Source: Mobula hypostoma
Lineage: Eukaryota
Reading direction: 5' to 3'
Length of the DNA stretch: 64,000 bases
Assembly (NCBI RefSeq): GCF_963921235.1
Contig: NC_086097.1
Span: 149,918,001-149,982,000 of the forward strand
Shown here: piece after piece, positions 38,884 through 51,931 of the stretch
How positions within the stretch are numbered: position 1 is the first letter of the stretch
How the letters are laid out: the number at the start of each line of letters is the position of its first letter
The notes under the pieces: model-generated
What the model was told of the DNA's origin: nothing
Database searches by the model: none
Seen by the model: the letters and a program-made list of their open reading frames with translations, nothing else
Translations under genes and position numbers: made by a program

Positions 38884-41356
38884 AGGAGCTTTCTGAGAAT
38901 CTAGCCGAAGTCCTGCAATAAAACTGACCCGGTAGCACACCAAGAGGCTTATACTTAGGGCAAAATCACAATTATATCATGATATAGTTAATTAAATTCC
39001 TTTTACATTAATTTTCTGGGATTTGCCTCATTAATTAATTTTGTTCAAATTATAGTGGTTTAAGCACTTTAATGTACAGTAGTGAAAAGGTGGCTTTGGA
39101 AAGATGGAACAATAGTCTTTGTCTAATCTTTATCCTTCACCCATTGTATTTAAAAACAAATCATCATTTGGTTCAGTGTTAGGGATAAAGAGTTATCTGG
39201 TGGATGAGAAAAGTAATCAAAATCAGCAGGTTTTACCATTCCAACTTAATCACGTTGTCTCTTTATCTGAATTAACGTAATCCCTTCCTGTTGTTTATTC
39301 ATTGAAACATGGAATCAGTAGCATTATAGGAAACACATGCTGCAGGGTCTTGGACATGAATTGTTCATGAGGACTTCTTGCAAATGTTAACAATAAAGCA
39401 AATAAATGGGTCGGGCATGTTAGTTGATTGTATTACGGTGAGCAGAAATGTTGAAACTTCTTCTCCTTTTAACGTTCACTGCTTTAGACTGAAAGGAAAA
39501 TTAGCCCCTCAATTGACAGGCAAAGTGCTTCAGCAGAATGATAACAGTACTTGTTATTTCCCCCATTGCATTGTTGCTATGTTCTGTGCTACATGCCATC
39601 AAGTCACCCCAAGTTTTGAATGTAGTCTGTAAAGGTAGCCAGTGGCTTCCACTGACTTGCAACTCTAGTCCCAACCGGAGTAAAAGCCAAGGTTTTGGAC
39701 ACCTGCTCTTTAGCTGCTTTCTTTGTATCATTATGGTCAATGTGACAGCTGTGATATGCCATTGTCAAGAAGCAGCAGAACATGGCACACTTTACTTGCT
39801 CCTCAGATAAGTTATTCTTCTTGGCTTAATGCTGCACCTCAGCAGCTGTCGAATGCAGTCGCTAAGTAAGTTTTAACTTTACAGGCTTAAAGCTTCCCTG
39901 GGTTGAACAATTCTAGGATAGACAATTGTGTGGCTGGATCAGGTGAGTTTCACTTCCCAGTAAAGATTCTAACTGAAAACTCAAGTAGAATAAAATCTCT
40001 GGGCAGGCTGAAGTCTCATAAGCAGAGCAGAACAAAATTATGCCCATGGTGCCTTTTATTAAGTCAGAATCCGAGAGACTGATTGGATGCTTGGGGCAGA
40101 GTCTCCTCTGGAATAAAAAAGAAAATGATTCCTCTCATGGCCTTTTCAACGTCCACAGAATGCCTTGTAGACATTGTACACATATAATGGAACTTTAGGT
40201 TTATGATGAACAGGATATTTCTGAAGAAGCAGCCAAAAATATGAAAGGTAGCAAGCAGTATGTGTACCAGTTACACTTGCATATACGGAGAAAGATTGGC
40301 AGAATATGCCATCAGGCATGATTGGCATAATATCCTCGTTCATGAAAGTGGAATCTGTGAAGGCTTACATACCACAAATACCACCTTACATATGATGTAA
40401 CCAGTTTAACCTTGACCATTCATCACCCCTTTGATTGACAACTGTGTTCTCACCTCAACATTGTAAACAGAACATTACAGCTGGCACCTAATAGGATTTT
40501 GTTCTTATTAGGGATATTACATGAGACGTAAAAGGCAACAGCAAAAGATGTGGATACTAAAGACAATTAATGTCATTATCATTAGGAAATCCACCACCAT
40601 CAATATACTAGACAGTGACTAGAAACCTAACCGGACCAGCTGCTTGGTTTCCATGGCTTTAAGAGAAGACTAGAGGCTGTTCTCTGCAGCAAGATGCTCG
40701 TCTCCAGATTCTCAAAGTCAATTTATTATCTACAACGGGCCATATCAGGAATGTGAATGAATGATCTATTTGTCATGATGAGTGCAGTGTAAACAACAGC
40801 AAAGAAACTTGAGATGATCAAGCCCATTTGACACCCAATCTTTAACCATCCGATCCCTCACGCTGAAGTGTACAGCATCTGCAAGGAAAACTCGAATGCA
40901 ACGTACCAAAGCTTTCGTGACAGTATCTCCAAACATATTACCTTTACCATCTAGAAACATGCGGACTTCAGGAACAAGGGAAAAAAGCCACTTCCAGGAA
41001 TCTCGGCAGTTCACTTGTCACCCTAACTTAGAAATGTTCCATAATTTCTTCCTCATTGGGAATGCTTCCTGAACATTCCTAGGGGAGTAACTTTAACATA
41101 TACTACAGCATTTTAAGAAGACAGCTCACATCCACCTTCCCAAGTGCTATTGTAAGTGGACGATAAATGGCCTTGTGTTGCTATTTTAATATGGCAATGT
41201 ATTTTGAGTCAAAATATTTGCTCTTAGATACTTATAGCACAGAAAATTACAAGTTGGACTATGATGGCAAAAATGTAGATATCCTGCTTGAATACTTCAA
41301 AGCCCTGACAATCATTAATGTGATTCTCTCTGCTCTCATCTATAGCACTATCACAT

Positions 41357-42120
41357 AGAATATAAAACATAGAACAGTACAACATAGTACAGGCCCTTCA
41401 GCTCATGATGTTCTGCTGATCTTTTAACCTATTCCAAGATCAATCTGATGCTTCCCTATCACATAGGCTCTTTAATGTATCACCTCAACCAGTACCACAG
41501 GCAGTGAGTTCCACACTTACTACTCTCTGTGTAAAAAGCTTACCTTTGACATCCCCCCATACCATCCTCCAATCACATTAAAAATATGCTCACTTCTATT
41601 AACCATTTCCACCCTGGGGAATAAAGGCACTGCCTGACCACTGTCTATACCTCTTATCATCTTATACTCCTCTATCAAGTCTCCTCTCATCCGTCTTCGC
41701 CCCAAAGAGGAAAAAACCCAAGCTTACAGAACCTATCCTCATAAAATAGGCTCACTAATCCAGGTAGCATCTGGTAAACCTTCCCTGCATGCTCTTAAAG
41801 CTTCTAAATCCTTCCAATAATGAGGCAACCAGAACTGAACACAATACTCCAAGGCAACACACACAAAATGCTGGAGGACCTCAGTAGGTCAGGCAGCATC
41901 TATGGAAAGGAATAAACAGTCAACATTTCGGGCCGAGACCCAGGTCCCGATGAAGAGTCTCGGCCCAAAATGTCGACTGTTTATTCCTTTCCATAGATGC
42001 TGCCTGGCCTGCTGAGTTCCTTCAGCATTTTGTGTGTGTTACCTTGGATTTTCAGCAGCTGCAGACTTTCTTGTGTTTGTGATAGTCCTCCAAGTGTGGT
42101 CTAACCGGAGTTTTATAGAA
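41357..42120 (-). mobile_element. CR1 3' fragment interrupted by a PLE palindrome
   Basis: RRMRGDLIEEYKMIRGID; tail catagaacagtacaaca. Confidence 0.8.
41854..42087. mobile_element. Palindromic Penelope-like terminal repeat with 7-bp TSD
   Basis: About 85-bp inverted arms; ctccaag at 41847-41853 and 42088-42094; decayed hammerhead ccgatga..aaaa-tg-tc-gac at the centre. Confidence 0.85.
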
Positions 42121-42719
42121 ATTTTATTGAGAAGGCCACATGAGACAATGTCCAAAGGAATACAACAGAAAGATTAGTGTAGGCATAAGTGTAGCAAATA
42201 ACTGTGAGATTTTATTTTAAAGTTCAACTTCATCTCATTGTGCAACTTTACAAAGATCTGAAAAATTTGCTCACGTAGTCAGTTAAATCCAATTGCAGCA
42301 ATTGTGTATCCCTGGTTTCCTTCAGATTCTCCATTTCCTGTTATTTGTAGAGATATCTTCCACTGCCTAGGCACTAAACTCTGTGACATTCCACCTCTCC
42401 ACCCCAACCTCCTCCTTTATTCTTGCTGGTCTTCTAATTTATTTGGATAGTTGTGAAAAATGCTGGGATGTTCTACTTTGTTAAAAACACTCTAATGATG
42501 CTGAGATACAGCTACAATCTAAATTATTGTTACTGCAAGGCACTGTCAGGTTTTGTGAGTGGGTTTGCTTGTACTTAGATGTGTGAAATATAACTATCAA
42601 GGGCAAAACAATTTTTTTTTGGTGAAGAGCCAAGCACTACAAGTAGGAGCAACAATTCTGTCTATTTTCCACCCTTCCTTAGTCCTGGAGGATTAGGGTA
42701 AGTGCATTACTCCACGGCT

Positions 42720-43165
42720 GAAATTTATTATCAAAGTATATTTATGTTACCATATACTATTCCAAGATTCACTTTGGCAGGCATTCATAATAGAACAGAC
42801 AAGTTCAATAGAATCAATGAAAAACTACACACAAAGACTAACAAACAATGTCCAAAAGAAGACAAACTGTGCAAATACAAAAAAGCAAATAATTATTTTA
42901 TTAAATAAATAAATTATACTGAAAACATGAGTTGTAGAGTACTTGAAAGTGAGTCTGTGATGTTGAAGTGAGTGAAGTTATCCACATTGGTTTAGCAGCT
43001 GGTTTAGTTGAAGGGTAATAACTGCTCCCGAACCTGGTGGTATGAGAACTAAGGCTCTTCCCGATGACAGCAGCAAGAAGAGACCAAGGTCGGGATGGTG
43101 GGACTACCTGATGACGAATGCTGCTTTCTTGTGATAGTGCTCCTTGTAGATGTGCTCAATGGTGT
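42720..43165 (-). mobile_element. Rex1/Babar-type 3' tail fragment
   Basis: aaatttattatcaaagta tail; similar to 19550-19930. Confidence 0.6.
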
Positions 43166-43402
43166 TCAGGTGGATAGTTTAAGGGAAGGTATTTCCTTTG
43201 GCTAAGGCATCTACAGCTATGAGTCACAATCTCAAAATAAGTGTAGGCCACTTAGGATTGAAATGAGAGAAATTTCTTGATTCAGAGGTTTGTGAATGTT
43301 TGGAATCCTTCACTCAGGACGCTGATTCCAGGTGTCAGTAAGTTCTGGATATTAAATGAATCAAGGGATAGTATGATGGCACAGGGAGTGGTGTTGAGAT
43401 TA

Positions 43403-46400
43403 TAAAACCATAAGACACGGGAGCAGAATTAGGCCATTCAGCCCATCAAGTCTGCTCTGCTATTCCATCATGGCTGATCCCAGACCCTGCTCAACCCTAT
43501 ACACCTGCCTTCTCACAATATCCTTTGATGCCCTGACTGATCGGGAAACGATCAACTTCTGCCTTGAATGTACCCATGGACTTAGCCTCCACCGCGGTCT
43601 GTGGGAGAGCATTCCACAGATTCACTACTCTCTGGCTAAAAAAATCCCTCCTTACCTCTGTTCTAAAGGTTGCCCCTCAATTTTGAGGCTGTGCCCTCTA
43701 GTTTTGGATACTCCCACCATAGGATGCATCCTCTCCGCATCCACCCTATCTAGTCCTTTTGACATTCAGTAGGTTTCAATGAGATCCCCCACATTCTTCT
43801 AAATTCCAGTGAATACAGGCCCAAAGCTGCTAAAAATTCCTCATTTTTTAAACCCCTTGGTTCCCAGACTCAGCCCCGTGAACCACCTCTGAGCTCTCTC
43901 CAATGACAACTCATGCTTTCTGAGATATAGGGACCAAAACTGTTGATACCACTCCAAGTGCAGCCTGACGAGTATCTTATAAAGGCTCACCATGATCTCC
44001 TTGCTTTTATATTCTATTCCCCTTGAAATAAATGACGACATTGCATTTGCCTTCTTTATCACCGACTCAACCTGTAAATTAACCTTCGGGAGTCTTGCAC
44101 AAGAATTCCCAAGGCCCTCTGCACCTCTGATGTTTGAACCTTCTCCCCATTTAGATAATAGTCAGCACTATTGTTCCTTTTACCAAAATACATTATCATA
44201 CATTTCCCAACACCGTCTTCCATTTGCCACTGTTTTGCCCATTCTTCCAATTTGTCTAAGTCCTGCTGCAATTGCATTGCTTCCTCAGCACTACCTACCC
44301 CTCCACCTATCTTCGTATCATCTGCAAACTTTGCTACAAAGCCATCAATGCTACTATCCAAATAATTGACAATGTGAAAAGCAGTGGTCCCGATACTGAC
44401 CCCCGAGGAACGCCACTAGTCACTGGCAACCAACCAGAAAAGGCCCCCTTTATTCCTACTCGCTGCCCACTGCCTGTCAGTCATTCTTCTATCCAGGCCA
44501 GTATTTCTCCTGTAATGCCACAGGATTTTATATTATTTAACAGCTTCATGCATGGCACCTTATCAAATACCTTCTGAAAATCCAAGTAAATGACATCCAC
44601 TACCTCTCCTTTGTCCACCCTGCTTCTTACTTCCTCGAAGAATGCTAACAGGTATGTCAGGGAAGATTTTCTTTGACAGAACAATACAGACTTTGACTTA
44701 TTTTGTCATTAGTCTCCAAGTACCTCGAAACATCATCCTTAATAATAGACTCCAACACTTTCCCAACCACTGATGTTAGGCAAACTGGCATATAATTTAT
44801 TTTCTTTTGCTTTCCTCCCTTCTTAAGAGTCGAGTGACTTTTGCAATCTTCCAGTCCTCCGGGACCATGTCAGAGTCAAATCATTCTTGATAGTCATGAC
44901 CAATGCATCCATTAGCTCTTCAGAAACCTCTCTCTGGACTCTGGGATGGAGTCCATCTGATCCAGGTGATTTATCCACCTTAAGACCTTTCAGTTTGCCT
45001 AGCACTTTTTCCTTTGTAATAGCAATAACACTCACTCCTGCTACCTGACACTCACGGACCTCTGGTACACTGCTTGTGTCTTCCACTGTGAAAACAGATG
45101 CAAAGTACCCATTATGTTCATCTGCCATTTCTTTGTCACCCTCACTAGCATCATTTTTCAGCGATCCAATATCAGTTCCTACTTCCCTTCTACGCTTTAT
45201 ATAACTGAAAAAACTTTTGGTATCCTGCTTTATATTATTGGCTAGTCTGCCCTCAAATTTCATTTTTTCCCTTCGTAACACTTTTATAGTTGCCTTTTGT
45301 TGGATTTTAAAAGTTTCCAATCATCCATTTTCCACTCACCTTTGCTAATCTATATGCCCTTTCCTTGGCTTTTATGTAGTCCTTAACTTCCCTTATCAGC
45401 CACGGTTGCCTACTCCTGCATTTGAGAACTTCTTCCTCTCTGGGACATATCTATCCTGTGCCTTGGCAACTATTCTTAGAAACTTCAGCCATCCCTGCTC
45501 TGCTGTCATCCCCTCCAGTATCCTCCTCCAATGCACCTGGGCAAGTTCATTTCTCTTGCCTCTGTAATTCCCTTTATTCCATTGCGATACTGATACATGT
45601 GACTTATGCTTCTGCCTCTCAAATTGCCATATGAATTCAATCAAATTATGATTACTATCTCCTAAGAGTTCCTTTACATTAAACTTCCTAATAAGATCTA
45701 GGTTATTACACAACACCCAATCTAAGATATTCTTTTCCGATGTAGATTCAAGCACAAGCTGCTCTAAAAAGCCATCTCACAGGCATTCAACAAATTCCCT
45801 CTCTTACAATCCAACACCAACCTCATTTTTCCAATTCCCTTGCATATTGAAGTCCTCCATTACAATTGTGTCATTACCCTTATCACATTCCTTTTCCAGC
45901 TCCCAGTGCAATCCCAACCTCACATCTTGGCTGCTATTTGGAAGTCTATATATGATTCCCGTAATGTTTTTATCACCCTTGCTGTTTCTTAGCTCCACCC
46001 ACAAAGATTCAACATTCTCTGGCCCTATGTCACTCCTTCTAAAGATGTAATTCCATCTCTTACCAACAGAGCCACACCACCACCTATGCCTTCCCGTCTA
46101 TCCTTTCAATACTAACTATATTCTTTGATGTTAAGACCATAAGACCATAAGACAAAGGAGCAGAAGTCGGCCATTGGGCCCATCGAGTCTGCTCCGCCAT
46201 TTTATCATGAGCTGATCCATTCTCCCATTTAGTCCCACTCCCCCACCTTCTCACCATAACCTTTGATGCCCTGGCTACTCAGATACCTATCAATCTCTGC
46301 CTTAAATACACCCAATGACTTGTCCTCCACTGCCGCCCATGGTGACAAATTCCATAGATTCACCACCCTTTGGCTAAAAAAATTTCTTCGCATCATAAGC

Positions 46401-46455
46401 TCCCAACTATGACCTACTTTCACCCATGTCTTAGTGATGCCACAATGTCATACCG
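43403..46455 (-). mobile_element. CR1 LINE, nearly complete ORF2 (APE endonuclease plus RT), decayed
   Basis: WVELRNSKG..GIIYRLPNS, DFN, NILDWVLCN..GDSNHN, YLDFQKVFDKV, FADD. Confidence 0.93.
46136..46395 (-). mobile_element. Young CR1 3' end nested in the older CR1
   Basis: Near-identical to 30025-30278; taag on both sides (46132-46135, 46396-46399). Confidence 0.9.
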
Positions 46456-46929
46456 ATACTATATTAATATATGCTCCATGACCTTTTTTTTTGACCAATG
46501 AATATAATCTCAGCTCTTTTTATCATCATACTTCATTTGTTATTCAGTTAACCTGTCTATCAGCCTGATAGCTTGAACTATCGCCCAGTTTTGTATCATT
46601 ATTGGCATTCTTAGATATATTGCACTGATCCCTGCATTAAAATCATTGATATAGATTGTAAACAACTGAGACACCAGCACTGACACATGGCCAATTTAAA
46701 AATGACCCATTTATTCCTGCTCTCTCTTTTGCTTGTTAACCAATTTTCAGTTCATACCATTAGATTACTGCGAGTACGATTTTCCCTAATCTTGTTTGGT
46801 AATCCCCTTTATGATGCCATATTGAAAGTCCTCTACAGGTTAAGGTGCTCCACATCAATTAGTTCACCTTTATATGTTAAAGCTGATTACAATCTCAACC
46901 ACCCCCCCCCACTCCCACCCCCCTGCAGA

Positions 46930-49228
46930 TTCTGGGGGAGATGGCTCATCAGGAGAAGGCACTGGTAGGCAAGATCATGGCACAATGAGCGGCTTTGCAT
47001 AGGAGGGCAGGATAAAGAGTGGCCGAGGAGTGGTTGGGGATTCCATGGTAAGGGGAATAGACGAAAACTTTGAGGTAGAAAATGGGATTCCTGGTTGGTA
47101 TGTTGCCTCTCAGCAACAAGGATCAGGGATGTCTGGGAGCGACTGCAGGGCATTCTAGAAGGAGAGGGTGAACAGCCACTTAACACAGTGCATGTAGGTA
47201 CCAACAATACAGTAAAAGAGTGGGATGAGGCCCTACAACCTAAACTTAGGGAGCTAGGAGATAAATTGAAAGTATGATCTTAAAGATAGTAATCTCAGGA
47301 TTACTATGTCTGCCATGTGCTAGTGAGAGCAGGAGAAATAGAATAGTTAAAAATGAACATGTGGTTTGAGTAGTGGTGCAGGAGGAATGGCTTCAGGTTC
47401 CTCGGGCATTGGAACAGGTTCTAAGGGTGATGATTCATACACCTGGGTGGGACCAGGATCAACGTCCTAACATACTAAAGAAGGATGTTATAGATGCAAG
47501 GGGATGTGAGTACCTTGATACAATCACTATCGCTAAAGAAGTAGTGCTGAGTAATTTTAAAAACATAGAAACATAGAAACAGGCCCTTTGGCCCACAAAG
47601 CTGTGCCGAATATGTCCTCAAGGTAAATACGTCCCCAGGTCCTGATGAAATGTGACCCAGGGTACAGAAGGAAATGGTGCTTGTTTTAATGTACCCTAAC
47701 TGTGAATTCTGGGCATTTAAAGACAATAAATGTCACACCACTGTTTAAGAAGAGGATGTAGGCAAAAGGCTGGTAACTATAGGCTGCCTTTATCATTAAG
47801 GAACAAATAGTAAGACATCTGAATAAAGATTGCTCCATCAGGCGGGCATGATATGGATTCGGGTAGGACAGGTCCTCTGACAAACTTACAGAAGTTATTT
47901 GAAGGTTTAACAAGCTCAGTGGAAAGAAGTGAAGAGGTAGATGTTATATACTTGGATTTCCAGAAGGTGTTTCATAAGGTGCCACATAAAAGTCCATAAG
48001 ATAAGGGGATATAAGAAAATTGAGTGTAATCTATTATTATGGATAGAGGATTGGTTAATCAATAGAAGGTAGAGATTCAGCATAATAGGATGTTTCTTTG
48101 GTTTGCGATCAATGCTAAGTGGAGTGCCACTGGGGTCAGTGTTGGGCATCCAACTGTTCATGATGTACATTAACGGTTTGGAAGAGCGGACTTAGTGTAA
48201 CGTATTAAGTTTGCTGATGATACTAAATTGAGTGGAAAAGCAAATTGTGAAGAAGATGCATGGAGTCTGCAGAGGGATATACTGTGGATAGGTCAAGTGG
48301 AGTACAACATTGGTAAATGCGAGGTCATCCACTTTGGAGGGAAAGAACAGAGTATTATATAAATGGTGAAAGATTGAAGTATGGTGTTGTGCAGAGCATT
48401 TGTGTATGAATTGCAAAAGGTTGCAAGTTCCACGTGTTATCAGGAAAGCAAATAGAATGTTGGCCTTCATTACTAGAGGGACTGAATTTAAGAGCAGGGA
48501 GATAATGCTGCATCTGTACAAGTCCACACCTGGAGTACTGTGCTGTTCTGGCCTCCTCATTTGAGAAAAGATATACTGCCTTTGGAGGCCTTGTGGAGGA
48601 TACTCACCAGGTTGATTCTGGAGAAGAGGGGGTTAGCCTATGTGAACAGATTGAGTCACCTTTGACTATGCATGCTTGAATTCAGAAAAATGAGAGGAGA
48701 GCTCATAGAAACATATAAAATCATGAAAGGGATAGATAAGATAACGATAAGAAAGTTGTTTCCACTGGCAGGTGAGGCTAGAACTAGGGGACAAGATTCA
48801 GGGCAATAGATTTAGGACAGAGATGAGGCTGGACTACTTTTCCTAGAGAGTAGAAAATCTGAGGATATCTCTGTCCAAGGAAGCAGTAGCGACTACATCT
48901 TAAGATATATTTAGGTCACAGCTTGAGTCTGCGAGTCCACTTGGAAAGTCGAATCCCCAACGACCGTGGATCCATGGGTCCACTGGAGGCTGGAGGCCAA
49001 AGAAAGCCTGCCCTGGGGTTACAGAATTGTGAACATGCATGGGTGGGTGGGAGGGAGCAATGCAGACTTGCTTTGTTGTCATTGCTTTACCGTGTGAACT
49101 TGAGGAATTAAGGGTTATGGAGAAAAGATAGGTATGTGGAGCTGTGTCCACAGCCAGATCAGCCATAATTTCATTGAATAGTGGCCAGATGGTCTCATTC
49201 TGTTTCTATCCTCGTGTTCTTATGTTCT
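46930..49228 (+). mobile_element. Decayed CR1 with ORF1 esterase-like remnant and ORF2 RT
   Basis: VVGDSMVRGID..VCCL..RIRDV.ERLQGILEGEGEQP..VHVGTN (SGNH-like), then YLDFQK, GVPLGSVLG, KFADD and ttcttatg tail. Confidence 0.85.
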
Positions 49229-51650
49229 TAAACACAATAAATTCTACAAATGCTGGAAATCCAGAGCAACACACACAAAATGCTGCAGTAACTCAGCAAG
49301 TCAAGCAGCAGCTATGGAAATGAATAAAGAGTTGATGTTTTGAGCTGAGACCCTTCATCAGGACTGTAAAGGGGGGGGGTAGATGACAGAATAAAGAAGT
49401 GGTGGGAGGGAAAGAGGACTAGCTAGAAGGTGATAGGTGACCACGGGAGAAAAGGAAGAAGGAGGGAGGGAGGCATGCCAGGGGAAGATGATACGAAGGT
49501 GAGGAGAAGAGGCAAGAGGGGCCAAAGTAGGGAATAGAAAAAGAGGGAAGGGGGATGGGGAAGAGGAAAAAATAATCGGAAGGAGAAATTGGTGGTCATG
49601 CCATCAAGTTGGATGCTACCTAGATGGAATATGAGGCGTTGTTTCTCCACCCTGAGAGTGACCTCATCGGGCAGAAGAGGAGGCCACAGACTAACATGTC
49701 GGAATGGAAATGGGGATAGGAATTAAAGTGATTGGCCACTGGGAAATTCTGCTTTTTGCTGATGGAGCAGAGGTGCTCAACAAAGCAGACCCCTGATTTA
49801 CATCCGGTCTCACCAATGTAGAGTAGACCACATCAGGAGCATAGAATACAACAGATGGCCCTCAACAGATTTGCCTCACCTGGAAGAACTATTTAGGGCC
49901 CTGAATGGATGTGAGGGAGTAGGTGAATGGGCAGGTGCATAATTTTTGTAACTTGCAGGATACATGCCAGGAGGGAGCTTAGTGGTGTGGGACAAATTGT
50001 TAAGAGAATCATAGAGGGAGTGATCCCTTCAGTAAGCAGAGAGTGTGTGTGTGGGGGGGGGGAGTGGTTGTGGGGGGAATGTGGAGTTAAAGATGTGTTT
50101 GATCCCGTAGCAGATGGCAGAATTTGCGGAGAATGATGTTTGATGCAAAGACTTATGGGGTGGTAGATGAGGACAAAAGGAACTCTATCCCTGTTAAGGT
50201 GGTAGTAAAATGGGCGAGCGCGGATGTCCAGGAAATGGAGGAGATGCGGGTGAGGGCAGCACCAATTGTGGAGGAAGTGAAACCCCATTCTTTGAAGAAG
50301 GAGACATCTCTGATGTCCTGGAATGGAAAGTCTCATCCTGGGAGCAGATGTGGTAGAAACAAAGGAACGAAGAAAATGGAATAACATTTTTACAAGAGAA
50401 CTTGTGGGAAGAGATATATTCACGATCAGTGGGTTTATAAAAGATGTTGGTAGACAGGCTATCACCAGAGATGGAGGCAGAGAGATCAAGAAAAGGGAGC
50501 CAGGTGTCTGAAATGGACCAAGTGAACTTAAAGGTGGGGGGAAGTTAAAGGCAAAGTTGATGAAATTGTCGAGATCAGCATAGGTGCATGAAACAGCAAC
50601 TATGCAGTTGTCAATGCAGCAGAGGAAGAGTTGGGGAGCATTACAAGGGAAGGCTTGGCACATGGACTGTTCTACATAGCCAAGGCAGGCATAGGTGGCG
50701 CCCATGTGAATACCCATAGTAACCCCTTGACTTTGGGGAAAGTGGAAGGAGCTGAAGGAGAAATTGTTAAGGGTGAGGACCAGTTCTCCCAGACGAGGAT
50801 GGGGAGTGGGGTTTGGTGGAGGGGAACTGACTGGTTCTTTTTTTGAGAAAGGAGAGCTTTAAGGCCTTCTTGAAGGGGGATAGAAGTATAAAGGGACTGG
50901 ACATGGAAATTGCAAGCTGTTGAGGTGATGAAGTGCATGTGAAGTGTCGCAGATGTGGGTAGAAAGGGACTGAACCAAGAGGAACAGAATGGATTCGGGG
51001 TATGTGCACACGAGTTCAGTGGGGCAGGAACAGGCAGATAGTCAGGTTTGTGGGAGGTAGAATTAAGCAGTATGGGGTAAGAGAACTATGAGTGTGGTGG
51101 CAGTGGATGGGAGTTCTCCAGAGTGGACGAGTGGACTCTGATGGTCCAGAGTGCCATCCTTTTCAAGGGAGGAGGCATCGGAGAGTTGCCGCCTGGCAAC
51201 AGGAACCGCTTTGTCTGTGGGTTTGATGGTAAAGATAGGATTGGTGTGAAGTGAATGGAGGGCAGTGTGTTCAGAGGGGGTAAGGTTTGAGGAAGAGAGA
51301 GGAACGCCGAGATGGAAATATCCAGAGCAGGTTGCGAACCAGAGCAGGGTGTCCAAGATGAGCAGGAAGGTTGAAGGCAGGAGAAGAGGTCATGGGTGTG
51401 GAGAGGGGAGCTCTTGCCAAAGATGTGAGCTTAGCGGTGACAGAAGAAGAGCTTGGCATTGTGGCAGGCGTGGAACTCACTGAGATGTAGGTGAAGGGGG
51501 GCCAAAAGTAAGGCCTTTGCTGAGGACAGAACATTTGTTCAGAGAGGGGAAGATCAGAGTGAATGGTGAAGACACGACAAGGGTTAGAGCTAAGATCAGA
51601 GGGGAAAGCGAGTTGGCGGCACCAGAGAAGAGAGGAGGTTTGGATGTTCA
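49229..51650 (-). mobile_element. Penelope-like element (RT plus GIY-YIG), decayed
   Basis: IKPTDK, VQSLYTSIP, MG.HMG..YACL..YVEQS, CIDN (YIDD), YIGET; terminal repeat with mutated hammerhead near 49332-49366. Confidence 0.88.
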
Positions 51651-51768
51651 CCGAAGGTGGAGTGAGAGGAAGATAGAGGCTTCCTTTTTATGTTTTTATT
51701 GTTCAAACTTAATTCTCACTTCATAAATTCATGCCAACTCTGCTCAATCCTATTACTTTGTAAAGTGA

Positions 51769-51931
51769 ACAACAGGAATTCTGCAGATGCTGGAAATTCA
51801 AGCAACATACATCAAAGTTGCTGGTGAACACAGCAGGCCAGGCAGCATCTGTAGGAAGAGGTGCAGTCGACGTTTCAGGCCGAGACCCTTCTCGAAATGT
51901 CGACTGCACCTCTTCCTACAGATGCTGCCTG
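51769..51931. mobile_element. Young partly inverted PLE terminal repeat with 14-bp TSD
   Basis: actttgtaaagtga at 51755-51768 and 51932-51945; about 40-bp inverted arm. Confidence 0.9.

Noticed and set aside
38900..40500. Repeat-poor stretch as a conserved enhancer
   Set aside because: Conservation cannot be assessed from one sequence.
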